A DNA stretch of 64,000 bases, from assembly GCA_020137815.1 (NCBI GenBank), contig CM035357.1:372001-436000 (forward strand). Reading direction: 5' to 3'. Within the stretch, counting starts at the first letter, position 1. The number at the start of each line of letters is the position of its first letter. Below, in pieces: positions 61,380 through 64,000 of this stretch. The notes under the pieces were generated by a model. It was not told the origin of the DNA. It did no database searches and worked only from the letters and a program-made list of their open reading frames with translations. The position numbers were made by a program, and so were the translations under genes. The stretch is from Hormiphora californensis (taxonomy: Eukaryota; Animalia; Ctenophora).

Positions 61380-64000
61380 TTATCTAGGTTACTGAATTGA
61401 TCCATTTCCAACTTCCCCAGTACCCGGGAATTCCCCCTGCATATAAAAGTACATTCAAAGTGTACAGCTGATCCCATTAAAAGTTTCTAAAAGTTTCTAA
61501 AACTCTTCCTTGTCTCAAGTTTCCGGTTCCATTTTATTTTCCATGTGGTATCTTTACCACTTTGTACAATTAATGTACAAGGCTCTGATCAGTCTTGGAG
61601 CAGCTAAAACTTAGTAAGGTAGTACATTAGCTATTACCAAGAAGATTCTCTTCCCCATTTAGTTCTTGCTCAGATCTCATATTCAGATTACCAAGAAGGA
61701 GTTTGCCAAACTCAGTTTGGGCTTGTTTTCTCTAGATGGCCTCTAGGTAAAACAAACCCTGAAGTGTTCTTAGAAACAGCTTAAGGTATTAAACCTGCTA
61801 GTATAGCAACTGGGGAAATTTTTCAAAGAAAACATAAACTTTTCTTGTCCCTGTTTTCAAGTCAATTAGTAAGATCGCCTCAGTTGCTGGTATAGGTTTG
61901 GTTCCAAGAACACATTAGGGTTTGTTTTACCTGATTTCAACTAGAGAAAACAAAACCTTCTTGGTAATTGCTAATATCTTTATGACATATTCAATTCGGT
62001 GCAATACTAAGAAAGTTGATAAGTTGTTTGTTTTTGTGTTCAACAAGCAGCAAGACCTCCAGTACAAATAGTTGGAACTAATGTGGAAAACAAACATAAC
62101 TATCGTGGTCTAATGTTGTCTAATGGTCTGGTATGTTGATCATCGTGGAAGGTCTCTTCAACCAATCTTCTGCTCAATCATCATCTGCCCGCGCTGTTCT
62201 CGAGAGTAGGGTATAATAGTCTGACAGCCCTTATGCAAAATCGTTTTTATTTTTACTTTCATTAATCATTATAATTGAGTCTAAGACTTCAGAGCCGTCA
62301 TCCACCTTGTAACTACTGTGTAGTTTCCGGGAGGGAGAGTTCATGTGTTTGCCAGTATATTATTATTATATTAGTAATAACTGGCATGAAGAACACACAG
62401 CCAAACCTCATCAAGCCAAACTTTGACATACCGTGCCAATTACACCCCAGCTGGCCAGCTAGGAGGCTTGACTGTTTGACTCGTCGTCGACCAGCGACAT
62501 GGACTAACTAGCCATGGTTGACAACCGGAAAGTTTTAACCGGAAAGTTTTTATTTATGTTCATCACGTTTTTTAAGTTATTTTTGGCCGCACCTCGATTT
62601 ACCGTGACAATTAAACCCCAGCTAGAAGTCCGGTAAATCGAGGCTTGACTGTTTGACTTGTCATATTATGGCTGTCGACAAACGTGACCTGTTATACGGA
62701 TAGTTATAATGCAGTCTGCCGCTGACAAGTTTTATAAGTTATTTTTGGCCGGGCTGTCATTTCCATATTCACTTTCTGTACATCTAATTTTCTACAACGC
62801 TTCTATTCACTATTGCAGTATAGTGTGATGTAGTTGCAGGAATAGCTATAGGATGGTCTGGATTGTATGGATTCTGCCAATATATCCAATACGATATTGT
62901 TAGAGCATTGTACAGTATCGGAGAGCAATTGTTCATTGAAGTTGTGAAGCTGAAAGATTATGTACATTGTTTGCCATGCTACGCAGTCTGTCTCTGTCTG
63001 GCGCCGCGACCCATCTGAGAATCAAATGGGGTATGGCGCCGCCATACAGGTCTGTCTCCGGGCTCGCGTAAGCTCACACCGGGCCTTCGGCCCGGCCCGG
63101 TGTGAGAGCTGACAGGCAAGGAAGATGTCAATACACTGTGTGAACATTATATCATGTGTACACTTTCCTATTGTACATGTATTGTACATCGTACAATGGG
63201 AAAGTGTAAAATATCATTTCGTCATTCCCGCGTGATGCCCATTGTACTTCTACTAAAAAGCAAAATTAATGGCATTGTCTATAGCTATTCTCCAAACAAT
63301 ATAGCCCCTCCCTTTTGACGCAATCCAGCTTTTTCCTCCTCGTGAAACCATGGCAACAGAGTTAATGCCACACCCATCTCATTGTTTTGAGTTTCCCAAC
63401 ACCCTCTAATTCTCCATTGTTATGAATTGCTAATCACATGATAACTGAGTCACACATATCTCACATGGTCTAGCTAAATAATCTCACATCTGACATATTT
63501 CACCATCTGTGCTTCAAGTTCCATGTGTATTGTGTAACGTTCTCATGCCCTCATAATATGAGGACATGACAGAGCGGCACATGTCCTCATAATTATCATG
63601 TGTAATTGCGTACTCCTATAATAATTCCACGGCCATATCATTTGCATTATATGCATGTTAAGACCTCTGAACTGGCCATGTTCCAGAAACTTCTTTTTCA
63701 CCGCGGCAGCAGCGGGCCATGTGATGTGCAGAAGGTCGAAGAAGCATAAAATTCCAGTCAGTAGCTGCTGTTGCAGACGTCACAGTTCGAGGCAGTATAA
63801 TTTGATTTGAAAATATGATGCTATTAATCTTAATAAGCTTCGGTAGCTCTCTCTCTTCTCTTGCGTCAGTAGATTGTCAATTAAAACAGCTCTCCTCCAT
63901 TTCTTGATTTTTCTCCAATTTGGATTCCGTTCAAATAGTTTGACAGTTTTAGTTTGGAATATACTCTGCCATGTCAATCATGCTCTGACAGAATATATGA

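Overview
Eukaryotic, intron-containing, TE-rich animal DNA. The GPCR style is suggestive of a ctenophore, but that is only an inference. Host genes: a multi-exon minus-strand gene for an unknown protein with a His-rich N-terminus and a C-terminal CaaX box (13597->598); two intronless class A GPCRs (30265-31347, 57894-58877); a four-exon class A GPCR with two 1-nt frameshifts and a 17-aa repeat tail (42972-49302); and a two-exon GPI-anchored Ly6/uPAR-type gene (55458->54813). Mobile DNA: (1) a nested pair of non-LTR retrotransposons, both delimited by TSDs. The outer is an RT-deleted, RNase H-bearing element (15011-27887) with highly structured UTRs. The inner is an intact RTEX-like element (18658-26329) whose ORF1 appears to carry degenerate AlkB-like and esterase domains, and whose 5' UTR holds an antisense tRNA-like unit complementary to its own 3' UTR. 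(2) A truncated Penelope element with a minimal hammerhead ribozyme. (3) A poly(A)-tailed 3-kb insertion carrying a 457-bp satellite and flanked by a ~174-bp duplication. (4) Many MITEs, a foldback element and non-autonomous Helitrons. The most striking non-TE pattern is that many splice donors, splice acceptors, start codons and stop codons of the host genes are tandemly duplicated into adjacent non-coding DNA, creating arrays of decoy splice sites. All gene models and RNA structures were derived by eye and need RNA-seq or computational confirmation.
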